A stretch of 64,000 nucleotides of DNA from a bacterium (GTDB lineage: Bacteria > Vulcanimicrobiota > JAZDOK01), in the NCBI GenBank assembly GCA_043798715.1, contig JAZDOK010000100.1:197645-261644 (forward strand), given 5' to 3'. The notes under the pieces were generated by a model. It did no database searches and had not been told where the DNA came from. It was given only the letters and a program-made list of their open reading frames with translations. The translations under genes were made by a program, and so were the position numbers. Positions 7,268 to 16,042 of this stretch are shown here, one piece after another; position 1 is the first letter of the stretch, and each line of letters begins with the position of its first letter.

Positions 7268-9166
7268 TCAGACGCGCTCCTTCAGCGTTTTTGGAGGCTG
7301 GGTTTTGAGACACAGCCGGTCTTTGTCGTAGAGCATTTTCTCCTTTTGGTATTCGGCCAGTTCATACCGATCGCTCATGAAGAGGGCCCCCGTCGGGCAC
7401 TCCTCGGCGCAGAGGCCGCAGAACATGCAGGTTCGGATGTCGAGGTCATACTCCGAGACGATCTCGCGCCCGTCCTGGCTGATCTCGGTTTTAACCTTGA
7501 TTACCCGGTCGGGACAGACCTCCTCGCAGATGCCGCAGCCCACGCAGAGCCCCGCCTGGCAGGTGAGACAGCTTCTGGCCTCCGCCAGCATCTCATTCTC
7601 CCCGGGCTCCTCTTCCACCTCCCCGAAGTGGCCCCGGCGCTCATCAGGGGGAAGCAGGGAGCCCGTGCGGTGGATGCGCGAAGGATCCGCGAAGCGGGCC
7701 ATGAGGCCCGCCTCCTCGCGGAGGTAGCTGAAGCTTTCAATGGGCTCCTTCGTTTTTCGGAGGAAGCGATGGATGGCTTGGGCCGCCTTCTTGCCCTGGG
7801 CGATGGCCGAAATCACCGTGCCGGCGCCGCTGGCGGCGTCGCCCCCGGCAAAAACACCGGGGAGGGCGGTCGAGGCGTCCTCATCGTTGAAAATAATTTT
7901 GCTGTTGCCGTCTTTTAAGGCATCCGGAATCCCCTCGCCGTCCAGCTTCTGTCCCACGGCCAGGATGACGCTGTCGGCTTCCACCGTAAATTCCGAGCCG
8001 GGCAGCGGCTCGGGGCGGCGCCTTCCGGAGGCGTCCGGGAGGCCGAGGGCCATGCGGAGACACTCAATCTTTTCCAGGCGCCCCTGGCCGAGGAAGCGGA
8101 CGGGGGTGGCCTGGAACAGGAAACGAACCCCCTCTTCCTCCGCGCAGGCGACCTCCTCGGGATGGGCCGGCATCTCGGCGCGCGAGCGGCGGTAGATGAG
8201 CGTCACCTGCGAGCCCAGGCGCAGGGCGCTTCGGGCCGCGTCGAGGGCCGAGTTCCCCCCGCCGACCACGGATACATTTTTTCCGATGGAGGCTGGCTTT
8301 CCCATCGCCAGGTCCCGGAGAAAATCAATGGCGGAAAGAACTCCCGGAAGGGAGGCGCCCTCGGCTTTCATCCCCGACTCCTTCCAGAGGCCGGTCGCAA
8401 GGTAGACGGCACTGAAGCCCTCGTCCTTCAGGCTCTCCAGCGAGAAATCCCGCCCGAGGGCCTTTCCGGTCAAAATCTCGACACCCAGGTTTTTGAGGTC
8501 CTCTATCTCGCCGGCCAGAACCTCCCGGGGGAGGCGGTAGGCGGGGATGCCGTAGCGCATCATCCCGCCGGCCTCGGGGAGACGCTCAAAGACCGTCGTC
8601 TTGTAGCCCAGCCGGGCCAGGTCCTGGGCGGCGGCCAGGCCCGAGGGTCCCCCTCCGACCACGGCCACGCGCTCGGGGTGCCTGATGGGAGGCGGCTCAA
8701 TCTTTTCGGTGTTGGCGCGGCCCCAATCGGCCAGGAAGCGCTTTATGAGGCGGATGGGCACCGCCTGGTCCTTCGACCGTCCCCTCTTGCACAGGTGCTC
8801 GCAGGGTGCCGGACAGACCCGCCCCAGGGAGGCCGGGAAGGGGTAGTGGCCTTTGAGCAGGCGGTAGGCCTCGCGATATTTTCCATCGGCGGCCAGGGTC
8901 ACGTAGCCCCGCACGTCGGTTAAGGCCGGGCAGGTCTCCATGCAGGAGGCCGCCGGAATATTATTAAGGAACAGGCTTTTTTCGCTGGCGGTCTTTGCGT
9001 TGAAGAAATCCTTCACCATTGGCAGGCCGCGGAAGCGCGGGGCCAGCGTATCTTTTTCCCAAGGATACTGAAGGGTTATGGAGGGACGGAAGAAGTTGCG
9101 GAGCGTCACCCCGAGGCCCGCCAGGAGATACCAGATGCCCTTTGAAAAGCGAATGATCGTTTTCAT
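7268..9166 (-). CDS. nuoI: NuoI homologue with an inserted GltD-like NAD(P)H:FAD/FeS oxidoreductase module (chimeric NuoI)
   Basis: - N-terminus: MKTIIRFSKGIWYLLAGLGVTLRNFFRPSITLQYPWEK...RFRG has the NuoI N-terminal signature.
- Insert: a ~450-aa glutamate-synthase-small-subunit-like region with Cys-rich FeS motifs (ASCMETCP, RVCPAPCEHLC), an FAD-binding GGGPSGL motif and a second nucleotide-binding site (VVGGGNSALD).
- C-terminus: the canonical NuoI 2x[4Fe-4S] motifs (CLTCQAGLCVGCGICEEVCP and CMFCGLCAEECP).
- Start assignment: I assign the start to the ATG at 9166, which gives an ATGA overlap with the nuoH stop. The track ORF extends upstream to 9298. Confidence 0.8.
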   Translation of the reverse strand: MKTIIRFSKGIWYLLAGLGVTLRNFFRPSITLQYPWEKDTLAPRFRGLPMVKDFFNAKTASEKSLFLNNIPAASCMETCPALTDVRGYVTLAADGKYREAYRLLKGHYPFPASLGRVCPAPCEHLCKRGRSKDQAVPIRLIKRFLADWGRANTEKIEPPPIRHPERVAVVGGGPSGLAAAQDLARLGYKTTVFERLPEAGGMMRYGIPAYRLPREVLAGEIEDLKNLGVEILTGKALGRDFSLESLKDEGFSAVYLATGLWKESGMKAEGASLPGVLSAIDFLRDLAMGKPASIGKNVSVVGGGNSALDAARSALRLGSQVTLIYRRSRAEMPAHPEEVACAEEEGVRFLFQATPVRFLGQGRLEKIECLRMALGLPDASGRRRPEPLPGSEFTVEADSVILAVGQKLDGEGIPDALKDGNSKIIFNDEDASTALPGVFAGGDAASGAGTVISAIAQGKKAAQAIHRFLRKTKEPIESFSYLREEAGLMARFADPSRIHRTGSLLPPDERRGHFGEVEEEPGENEMLAEARSCLTCQAGLCVGCGICEEVCPDRVIKVKTEISQDGREIVSEYDLDIRTCMFCGLCAEECPTGALFMSDRYELAEYQKEKMLYDKDRLCLKTQPPKTLKERV

Positions 9167-10293
9167 GCAGGTGGCAACCTCCAGAGAACCTGTGAGCAGG
9201 CGATGATCAGGTTGAGAAAGGCAAACGGCAGGAGTACCTTCCAGCTGAATGACATGAGCTGATCGGGCCTGAGGCGCGGGAAGGTCCAGCGGATCCACAT
9301 GAAAAGCAGGATGAGAAGATAGACCTTGAGGAGGAAGACCACGATCCCGAGCGCCTGGAGGGCGTAGGGGAAGTGAAGGAATGAAACGATCTTATCGTCC
9401 AGTCCGAAGGGAAGCGTCCAGCCTCCCATAAAGAGCGTCACCGCGATGGATGAGGCGATGAACATGTTGGTGAATTCCGCCAGGAAAAACATGGCGAACT
9501 TCATCCCGCTGTACTCGGTGTTGAAGCCCTGCACCAGCTCCTGTTCCGCCTCCGGGATGTCGAAGGGCGGGCGGTTTATCTCGGCGGTGGAAGCGATGAG
9601 ATAAACCAGAAAACCGATGAACTGCGGGATTAGGAACCAACCCAGGCTGATCTGGGCCTCGACTATGCCGGCCATGCTGAGGGTGCCGGCCGCCAGGACC
9701 GGCCCCAGGAAGGCGAAGAAGAGAGGGACCTCGTAGCTTATTATCTGCGCCGCCGAACGCATGGCGCCCAGGAGGGAATACTTGTTGTTTGAAGCGTAGC
9801 CCCCCATCACGATGGCGATCACCGAGAAGGTGCCCACCGCCATGAGGTAGAGAACGCCGATGTTGAGGTCTTTCACGATGAGGCCCGGGCCGAAGGGCAG
9901 GACCACGAAGGCCATCATGCAGGCCGTGAATACGACGACCGGGGCGATTATGAAAACCCAGCGGTCGGCTTTGGTGGGAATGATGTCCTCCTTGAGGAGG
10001 AGCTTCAAGGTGTCGGCGGTGGTCTGAAGGAGCCCGCCGGTCCATATACAAATGCGTGCCAGGAAGCGCGGCCCGGTGAGCATGGGCCCCAGCCGCCGCT
10101 GGATGCGGCCGCAGACCTTGCGCTCAAGCCAGATGAGGAAGAGCGCGGTGAGGAGGATGAAGACCAGCACTATTATGGCCGAAAGGAGCATGTAGGCGAA
10201 ATCAAGTAGAGGCTGCCACGCCTGCCATCCCCGCCCGGCCAGCCAGGCGGTCAGGGGGCGGTAGAAAATGATATCTTTTAAATACTGCTCCAT
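9163..10293 (-). CDS. nuoH: NADH-quinone oxidoreductase subunit H
   Basis: 376 aa polytopic NuoH/ND1-family protein (LWERKV-like N-terminus, conserved quinone-site region). Confidence 0.85.
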   Translation of the reverse strand: MEQYLKDIIFYRPLTAWLAGRGWQAWQPLLDFAYMLLSAIIVLVFILLTALFLIWLERKVCGRIQRRLGPMLTGPRFLARICIWTGGLLQTTADTLKLLLKEDIIPTKADRWVFIIAPVVVFTACMMAFVVLPFGPGLIVKDLNIGVLYLMAVGTFSVIAIVMGGYASNNKYSLLGAMRSAAQIISYEVPLFFAFLGPVLAAGTLSMAGIVEAQISLGWFLIPQFIGFLVYLIASTAEINRPPFDIPEAEQELVQGFNTEYSGMKFAMFFLAEFTNMFIASSIAVTLFMGGWTLPFGLDDKIVSFLHFPYALQALGIVVFLLKVYLLILLFMWIRWTFPRLRPDQLMSFSWKVLLPFAFLNLIIACSQVLWRLPPA

Positions 10294-10298
10294 CGCCT

Positions 10299-11393
10299 CT
10301 ACCTGTCTATCTCGGGGAGGATGATGTCCAGGCTGCCGATGCAGGCCATGATATCGGAGATTCGCCCGCCGCGCACCAGGTGCGGGAGGACGCTCAGGTT
10401 TGAAAAAGAGGGTGCCCGGAATTTTAGCCGCCAGGGTTTTTCGCTGCCGTCTGAAACTATAAAGACGCCGGTATCGCCGCGGGGGGCCTCGATGCGGGAG
10501 AAAGCTTCCCCCTTGGGCGGCTTGATCCGCTGGGGAAGGATGGTGCGGTATCGGCCCTCCGGGACTTTGTCCAGCGCCTGCTCAAGGATCCTGACCGACT
10601 CCTCCATCTCCTTCATACGGACCAGGTAGCGGTCCCAGACATCGCCGTGCGCACCGGTTGGTATATTGAAGGAAAATTCCGGATATACCGAGTAGGGCTC
10701 GGCCTTCCGGATATCGAAGGCGATGCCGGAGCCGCGAAGAGAGGGCCCGCTCACGCCGCAGGCCACGGCCAGGTCGGGATTTAAGATTCCGATTCCGCGC
10801 GTCCGGGCCAGAAAGATGGGGTTTTCGGTCACCAGGGCGTGGTATTCAGGGAGGCCCGCTTTCATGGCCGCAAGAAAGAGCCTCATTTTTTCCAGAAAGC
10901 CGGGGGGCAGGTCCTGGGAGACTCCGCCGAAGCGGATGTAGTTATAGGTGAGGCGGGCGCCGCAGGTCATCTCGAATATGTCCATGATGCGCTCCCGCTC
11001 CCGGAAGGCGTAGATGAAGGGGGTGGTGGCCCCCAGGTCGAGAAGCATCGAGCTGAACCACATGAGGTGGCTGGCCAGGCGGTTGAGCTCGGCCATTAAC
11101 ACCCGGATGTATTCCGCCCGGGGCGGCACGGGGATTCGGGCCAGCTTTTCCATCGCCAGGCAGTAGGCCAGGTTATTGGACATGGAGGAGAGGTATTCGA
11201 AGCGGTCGGTTACGGGGATGAACTGCAGATAGGTGCGGTTCTCGGCGATCTTCTCGAGGGCGCGGTGCAGAAAGCCGATATGCGGCACCGCTTCGAGGAC
11301 CACTTCGCCGTCGAGCGTGAGGACGAGCTTCAGCACCCCGTGAGTGCTCGGGTGCTGGGGCCCCATGTTCAGGGTGTATTCCTCGGTTCTCAT
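10299..11393 (-). CDS. nuoD: NADH-quinone oxidoreductase subunit D (49 kDa)
   Basis: 364 aa. The N-terminus MGPQHPSTHGVL is typical of NuoD/Nqo4 and of [NiFe]-hydrogenase large-subunit-like folds. Confidence 0.9.
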   Translation of the reverse strand: MRTEEYTLNMGPQHPSTHGVLKLVLTLDGEVVLEAVPHIGFLHRALEKIAENRTYLQFIPVTDRFEYLSSMSNNLAYCLAMEKLARIPVPPRAEYIRVLMAELNRLASHLMWFSSMLLDLGATTPFIYAFRERERIMDIFEMTCGARLTYNYIRFGGVSQDLPPGFLEKMRLFLAAMKAGLPEYHALVTENPIFLARTRGIGILNPDLAVACGVSGPSLRGSGIAFDIRKAEPYSVYPEFSFNIPTGAHGDVWDRYLVRMKEMEESVRILEQALDKVPEGRYRTILPQRIKPPKGEAFSRIEAPRGDTGVFIVSDGSEKPWRLKFRAPSFSNLSVLPHLVRGGRISDIMACIGSLDIILPEIDR

Positions 11394-11989
11394 GGGGCTG
11401 GTACCCGCCTTCCGGACTCTTTGGGGGCGTCCTCTGAACTTACTTCAGCCGGGGAATCAGGGCGGCGGATGAGGTTGGGGTGGATGAAATCCCGGAGCAT
11501 GGGGTGGCCCTCCCAATCCTCCGGGAGGAGGATGCGCCGGAGATCCGGGTGCCCGTCGAAGCGCACACCGAAGAGGTCATAGACCTCCCGCTCATGCCAG
11601 TTGGCGGCGGGCCAGAGGGCGGTCACGGAATCGAGGACAGGATTTTTTCTGTCAAGTCTGGTCTTGATAATTATATGATGGCCTTTACCCATCGAGTAGA
11701 GATGGTAGAGCACTTCAAGTGCCTTCAGGCGATCCACGTCTTGCCCTTCGACTGCTCGACAGGCTCGCAGCTCAGGGCGAACGGATGTCTCTAGGAACTC
11801 CAGGCGGTCTATGGCCGAGATGAAAAAAAGGTAGTTGAAATCAAGGGAAGGCTCCGTCTTAAGGAAAGCGGCGACCTCCGGAAGTTCCGGAGACGGGATA
11901 CGGATGCCGTCGGAATTATCCGGATCGGCCTCCAGGGGCTTTCCCGGAAAGGCGTCCCGCAATTTTTCAAGTATTTCATTTCTGGTCAT
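11390..11989 (-). CDS. nuoC: NADH-quinone oxidoreductase subunit C (30 kDa)
   Basis: The likely start is MTRNEILEKL at 11989; the track ORF begins 17 codons upstream. The protein is NuoC-like. Confidence 0.8.
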   Translation of the reverse strand: MTRNEILEKLRDAFPGKPLEADPDNSDGIRIPSPELPEVAAFLKTEPSLDFNYLFFISAIDRLEFLETSVRPELRACRAVEGQDVDRLKALEVLYHLYSMGKGHHIIIKTRLDRKNPVLDSVTALWPAANWHEREVYDLFGVRFDGHPDLRRILLPEDWEGHPMLRDFIHPNLIRRPDSPAEVSSEDAPKESGRRVPAP

Positions 11990-11993
11990 CGTT

Positions 11994-12488
11994 TCATGCT
12001 TTGGTCCTCTTGATTTTTTCGCGCAGGGCCATGATGCCATGCATGAGGGCCTCGGGCCGCGGAGGGCAGCCGGGGATATAGACGTCCACCGGGATTATCT
12101 TGTCCACGCCCTTCAAGACGGAGTAGGAGTCGTAGTAGAAAGGACCGCCGTTTATGGCACAGCCGCCCATGGCCACGACGTAGCGGGGCTCGGCCATCTG
12201 CTCATAGAGGAGCTTGACCCGCGGGGCCATCTTGAGGGTGACCGTGCCGGAGACGATCATGATGTCCGACTGCCGCGGGGTGGCCCGAAAGATCATCCCC
12301 AGGCGATCCAGGTCGTAGCGGGCGGCCCCCGTGCTGATCATCTCGATGGCGCAGCAGGCCAGGCCGAAGAGCATGTACCAGAGGGAGGATTCCTTGGCCC
12401 ATTTAAAGAGAAAATCCAGCGGGGCCATCACTATGGCGCCCCCGGCGGTCTTCTCGCGATAGACGGAGATTTTTCCCGCTAGGTCCAT
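11994..12488 (-). CDS. nuoB: NADH-quinone oxidoreductase subunit B (20 kDa, N2 cluster)
   Basis: The conserved core is [15 protein letters not shown]...GCPP. The likely start is MDLAGK at 12488. The Gly/Arg/Pro-rich 73-aa upstream extension in the track ORF is probably not translated. Confidence 0.8.
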   Translation of the reverse strand: MDLAGKISVYREKTAGGAIVMAPLDFLFKWAKESSLWYMLFGLACCAIEMISTGAARYDLDRLGMIFRATPRQSDIMIVSGTVTLKMAPRVKLLYEQMAEPRYVVAMGGCAINGGPFYYDSYSVLKGVDKIIPVDVYIPGCPPRPEALMHGIMALREKIKRTKA

Positions 12489-12835
12489 TCCATGGCCCCC
12501 GTTCTCCAGGCCCAGGCATAAGCCACCCCCAGCAGGCCGAGAAAGATGAGGACTTCGAGGAGACCGGCCCAGCCCAGGGTGCGGAAAAGAACCGCCCAGG
12601 GGATAAGGAAGGCCGCCTCCACGTCGAAGACGACGAAGAGGACGGCGAAGAGGTAATAGCGGACGTTGAACTGAAAGCGGGCCTCCCCGAAGGGCTTCTC
12701 CCCGCACTCATAGGTCGAGAGCTTCTCCTCGGAGGGCCTCCGGGGGCGGAGCAGCCACGAGGTGGCAAAGGCCGCCAGCACGAGAAAGACCCCCGTGAAG
12801 AGGAAGAGGCCGACATATCCGTATTCCAGAGTCAT
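12479..12835 (-). CDS. nuoA: NADH-quinone oxidoreductase subunit A
   Basis: 118 aa with three TM helices. It has a NuoA/ND3-like sequence (YECGE motif) and is the first gene of the operon. Confidence 0.85.
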   Translation of the reverse strand: MTLEYGYVGLFLFTGVFLVLAAFATSWLLRPRRPSEEKLSTYECGEKPFGEARFQFNVRYYLFAVLFVVFDVEAAFLIPWAVLFRTLGWAGLLEVLIFLGLLGVAYAWAWRTGAMEWT

Positions 12836-12850
12836 AGTTTCTACTCCCGG

Positions 12851-13543
12851 CTAGTCCAGCATCCTGTCCACCAGGAGGCTGTTGTCCACGCTCTTTACCC
12901 CGGGGATGCTGGCGGCGATTTCGGCGGCCGCCTTCAGATCTTCCAGGCGGTCCACCTGTCCCTGGAGACGCACCATGCCGCCCCGCGTCGTGATCCGCAC
13001 GTTCATCAGGCTGAGGCCCAGGTTTTTTTTCAAGCCTTCGATTACGCGCCGGGTGATCTCATCGTCGGTTAAGGGCACCTCCTCCTCCGACTCCTCTTTT
13101 TCCTCATCGAGCGCGAGGATGCCCTTGAGAAGGTCGTGGCGGCTGACGAAGCCCACCACCTTGATTCCACGAACCACCGGCATCCGGCTGGCCTTGGTCT
13201 TTTCCATCAGGGCGACCAGTTCGAAGAGATCGATGTTCTCCGAGGCGGTGACGACATGATGGATCATTATATCTTTAGCCGTAGAGCCATATATCTGCTT
13301 CTGTTCCTTCACAAAGGCCTGAGGATTCAGGTGGAAGCCGGTTTTTTTCGCTATCCCCTCTCTCTGGGCCTTCCCCTGCGCTATCAGTATCTCGGCGGTC
13401 ACCAGTCCCTGGAGATTCATCTCCCGGTCCACCACGGGGACCGAGGAGATGGCCTTTTTTATGAGCAGGTGGACGATCTCCCGGATCGTCGTCTCCGGCC
13501 CGATAGTGACCAGTTTCTTCGACATGATGTCTTTTACTTTCAT
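12851..13543 (-). CDS. CBS-pair + BON domain protein
   Basis: 230 aa with two CBS motifs (MSKKLVTIGPETTIREIV...; MIHHVVTASENIDLFEL...) and a C-terminal BON-like segment. It ends 15 nt upstream of nuoA on the same strand. Confidence 0.7.
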   Translation of the reverse strand: MKVKDIMSKKLVTIGPETTIREIVHLLIKKAISSVPVVDREMNLQGLVTAEILIAQGKAQREGIAKKTGFHLNPQAFVKEQKQIYGSTAKDIMIHHVVTASENIDLFELVALMEKTKASRMPVVRGIKVVGFVSRHDLLKGILALDEEKEESEEEVPLTDDEITRRVIEGLKKNLGLSLMNVRITTRGGMVRLQGQVDRLEDLKAAAEIAASIPGVKSVDNSLLVDRMLD

Positions 13544-13612
13544 GGAGCCTCCCTGGGAAAGTTTAATCTCCCAGATACTTCTGCAAGGATGATATTTTAC
13601 CTTGCATGGGAT

Positions 13613-14365
13613 TTATCTCCGACTTCTCAGTTTTGAGAGAAGCCGGAGGATTTCTATATAGAGCCAGATCAGCGTCACCATCAGGCCGAAGGCGCCGTAC
13701 CACTCCATGTACTTCGGGGCGCCGTTCCGGGTGCCCTGTTCGATGAAATCAAAGTCCAGGACGAGGTTCAGAGCGGCGATGACCACCACGAAGAGGCTGA
13801 AAACGATCCCGATGGGGCCGCCCTCATGGATGAAGCCGATCCTGATCCCGAAGAAGCCGAGTATGAATGAAACCAGGTAGAGGAGCATGATGGCGCCGGT
13901 CGCCGCCACGACGCCCAGCTTGAAATTTTCAGTGGCCCGTATAAAACCGGAAGTATAGGCCATGAGCAGGCAGAAGAGCGTGCCGAAAGTCAGGGCCACC
14001 GCCTGGATGACGATCCCCGGATACATGGATTCGAACATCGAGGAAAGACCCCCGAGCAGGAGCCCCTCCAGAAGGGCGTAGATGGGCGCGGTCACCGGGG
14101 CCCACTCCTTCTTGAAGATGGTAACCATGGCTACCACGAACCCGCCGATGGCCCCAACAAAAATCCAGGACGAGACGGCCGCGGCGCTATGCCCGGAGTC
14201 AATGAAGAGTTTCCAGGTAAAGGAGGCTGTCAGCATTACACAGAGGAGGAGAAGACCCGTCTTGTTGACGGTGCCCTGCAGGGTCATGGCGGTCTCGGAG
14301 GCGGCATAGGAGCCGTAACCGGTGAAGGTTCCCGCGTTGAGCGCGGGATTTGAAGTTCTCATCAT
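13613..14365 (-). CDS. Bax-inhibitor-1/YccA family inner-membrane protein
   Basis: 250 aa, 7 TM, with a BI-1/YccA-like N-terminus MMRTSNPAL and the matching topology. Confidence 0.7.
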   Translation of the reverse strand: MMRTSNPALNAGTFTGYGSYAASETAMTLQGTVNKTGLLLLCVMLTASFTWKLFIDSGHSAAAVSSWIFVGAIGGFVVAMVTIFKKEWAPVTAPIYALLEGLLLGGLSSMFESMYPGIVIQAVALTFGTLFCLLMAYTSGFIRATENFKLGVVAATGAIMLLYLVSFILGFFGIRIGFIHEGGPIGIVFSLFVVVIAALNLVLDFDFIEQGTRNGAPKYMEWYGAFGLMVTLIWLYIEILRLLSKLRSRR

Positions 14366-14380
14366 GTCTTTATCTCCTCG

Positions 14381-14725
14381 TCAGTCGTGTTTAAGGCACA
14401 TATTAAGAAAGGCGCTGATGATGCTGAAGGCCAGGGCCGCCCAGAAGGCCTCCCAGAAACTGCTGATGGTGAAACCCGGCACGAAACGGGAGGCCAGTAA
14501 GAAGATGAGGCCGTTTATGACGAGAGTGAAAAGTCCCAGCGAGAGGAGATTTATAGGGAGAGTCAAAAGGACTATGATCGGGCGCAGAAAGGCGTTGAAG
14601 AGTCCCAGGACCAGGGCGGCGACGAGGAGCGTCTGCCAGTTGTTCACCTGGACGTGCGGAAAAATATGGACCACCGCAAAAAGCGCCGCCGCGTTGACAA
14701 ACCACTTGATCAACAGATATTGCAT
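14381..14725 (-). CDS. Phage-holin-4/DUF360-family small membrane protein
   Basis: 114 aa, 4 TM, YvlD/DUF360-like sequence. Confidence 0.55.
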   Translation of the reverse strand: MQYLLIKWFVNAAALFAVVHIFPHVQVNNWQTLLVAALVLGLFNAFLRPIIVLLTLPINLLSLGLFTLVINGLIFLLASRFVPGFTISSFWEAFWAALAFSIISAFLNMCLKHD

Positions 14726-14877
14726 CTTTTACCTCCTTAATCCGAAGTTTTACCTTAATACTTCTTTACCTCCCGGAATTCCTCTATCTGCGACTTTTGT
14801 AACAGGGGTATGACCCGGAGGGGGATGACAGTGAAATCAACTTTGTATATCTTCCGGAGCTGTTCGTTACGCGGGCC

Positions 14878-14906
14878 TTTACAAGTGAGACAGATGCAGA
14901 TATAAT
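14878..14906 (+). promoter_or_regulatory. Sigma70-type promoter (TTTACA-17-TATAAT)
   Basis: The -35 hexamer TTTACA at 14878-83 and the -10 hexamer TATAAT at 14901-06 are separated by a 17-nt spacer. An AAGGAG RBS precedes the ATG at 14940. Confidence 0.5.
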
Positions 14907-14939
14907 AAGGAAAATGCAGATTTTCAAGGAGTTTTAACC

Positions 14940-15209
14940 ATGGATAAGCTTAGCAACAGTCTCGGAATCATGAGCACCCATAATGTCATCATAGAAGATT
15001 TTCTGTCCACCCGCTTCCCCCGGGGGGAACATTCTCCCAACGGGTTCGACGAAGACGAATTCATGCGGGTTTCCGAGGAGGCCCGCCGGGGCCGCCTCAG
15101 GGAGCTTGAGATTTTCTGCCGGGTTGATTCCGGGCGCGAAAACCTCCTGACCTATGTCCGCCGGCAACTGGAGCAGGATCACGGGAAAAAGAAAAGGTGG
15201 CTGTTCTGA
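14940..15209 (+). CDS. Hypothetical small protein (89 aa)
   Basis: An ORF with a good promoter and RBS, and no recognisable domain. Confidence 0.4.
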   Translation: MDKLSNSLGIMSTHNVIIEDFLSTRFPRGEHSPNGFDEDEFMRVSEEARRGRLRELEIFCRVDSGRENLLTYVRRQLEQDHGKKKRWLF

Positions 15210-15262
15210 GAAAATTTTATCGCCCGTAAGAGGCGGATTTCCACGAGTGAAGGAGCGCATGA

Positions 15263-16000
15263 ATGGACAGGCTGGCCTACCTTAAAGAGTCGGCGGACAG
15301 AATAATCGAGGAGAAACTGCTGGGCCTTTTTCAGGGCCAGATCAGCGCGACAAGGCTGGCCCGGGAGATTCTCAAGGAACTGGTCGAGAGAAAAGAGCGG
15401 GGCGTCTCTCAAAGTTATGCCCCGAATTATTTCAAGGTCTATCTGCACCCGAAGGACTATTCACCTATTGTCCAGCTCGGCAAAGAGTTCATCTACGAGC
15501 TGGAGCGCTTTCTCAAAAGTGAAGTCGGCGCGCGCAAGTTGAACCTGATGGGACCTCTTAAGGTTGCTCTGGAACAGGAAGAGGAACTCAGCCAGGGAAT
15601 CGTGGTGGTGGAGTGGGATTTTCTTCCCGATGTGTCACGCCGGGAGGAGGATCTTAATAGCGAGCCCGATTCTGCCGCGGAGTCGCATGACGAGAATTTT
15701 CTGGATACCGAGCCGGCCTTCCTGATAGCCGTCGAAGGTTACGGACAGGGCAATGTCTACCGGCTTGAAAAAAAAGAGAATCTCATGGGCCAGGATGCGG
15801 CCTGCGATATTCTGCTGAAATCCGCCCTTGTCGCCCCCAGGCACGCCCGAATCCGCAGAGTGGGGAGAGATTACGTGGTGGAAGACCTTGGCAGCCCCTC
15901 CGGCGTCTATATAAACCTGCGCCGGGTCAAGGAGAAAAAACTACAGGAAGGCGATATGCTCGCCGTCGGAAGCTCCGTCCTCAAGTTCCATCTTTCATAA
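15263..16000 (+). CDS. FhaA-like protein (DUF3662-like N-terminus + C-terminal FHA domain)
   Basis: C-terminal FHA signature: NLMGQDAACDILL...ARIRRVGRDYVVEDLGSPSGVYIN. Confidence 0.6.
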   Translation: MDRLAYLKESADRIIEEKLLGLFQGQISATRLAREILKELVERKERGVSQSYAPNYFKVYLHPKDYSPIVQLGKEFIYELERFLKSEVGARKLNLMGPLKVALEQEEELSQGIVVVEWDFLPDVSRREEDLNSEPDSAAESHDENFLDTEPAFLIAVEGYGQGNVYRLEKKENLMGQDAACDILLKSALVAPRHARIRRVGRDYVVEDLGSPSGVYINLRRVKEKKLQEGDMLAVGSSVLKFHLS

Positions 16001-16042
16001 ATAATCCACGATCTGTGGTTCCCTTTTTCAAGGCAGGTTTTT

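Noticed and set aside
9392-10051. 219-aa alternative-frame ORF within nuoH
   Set aside because: It is His/Arg/Gly-rich nonsense overlapping the conserved NuoH frame.
12488-12707. 73-aa Gly/Arg/Pro-rich N-terminal extension of the nuoB ORF
   Set aside because: The sequence has low complexity and overlaps nuoA in another frame. The conserved NuoB core begins at MDLAGK (12488). It is an artefact of ORF extension.
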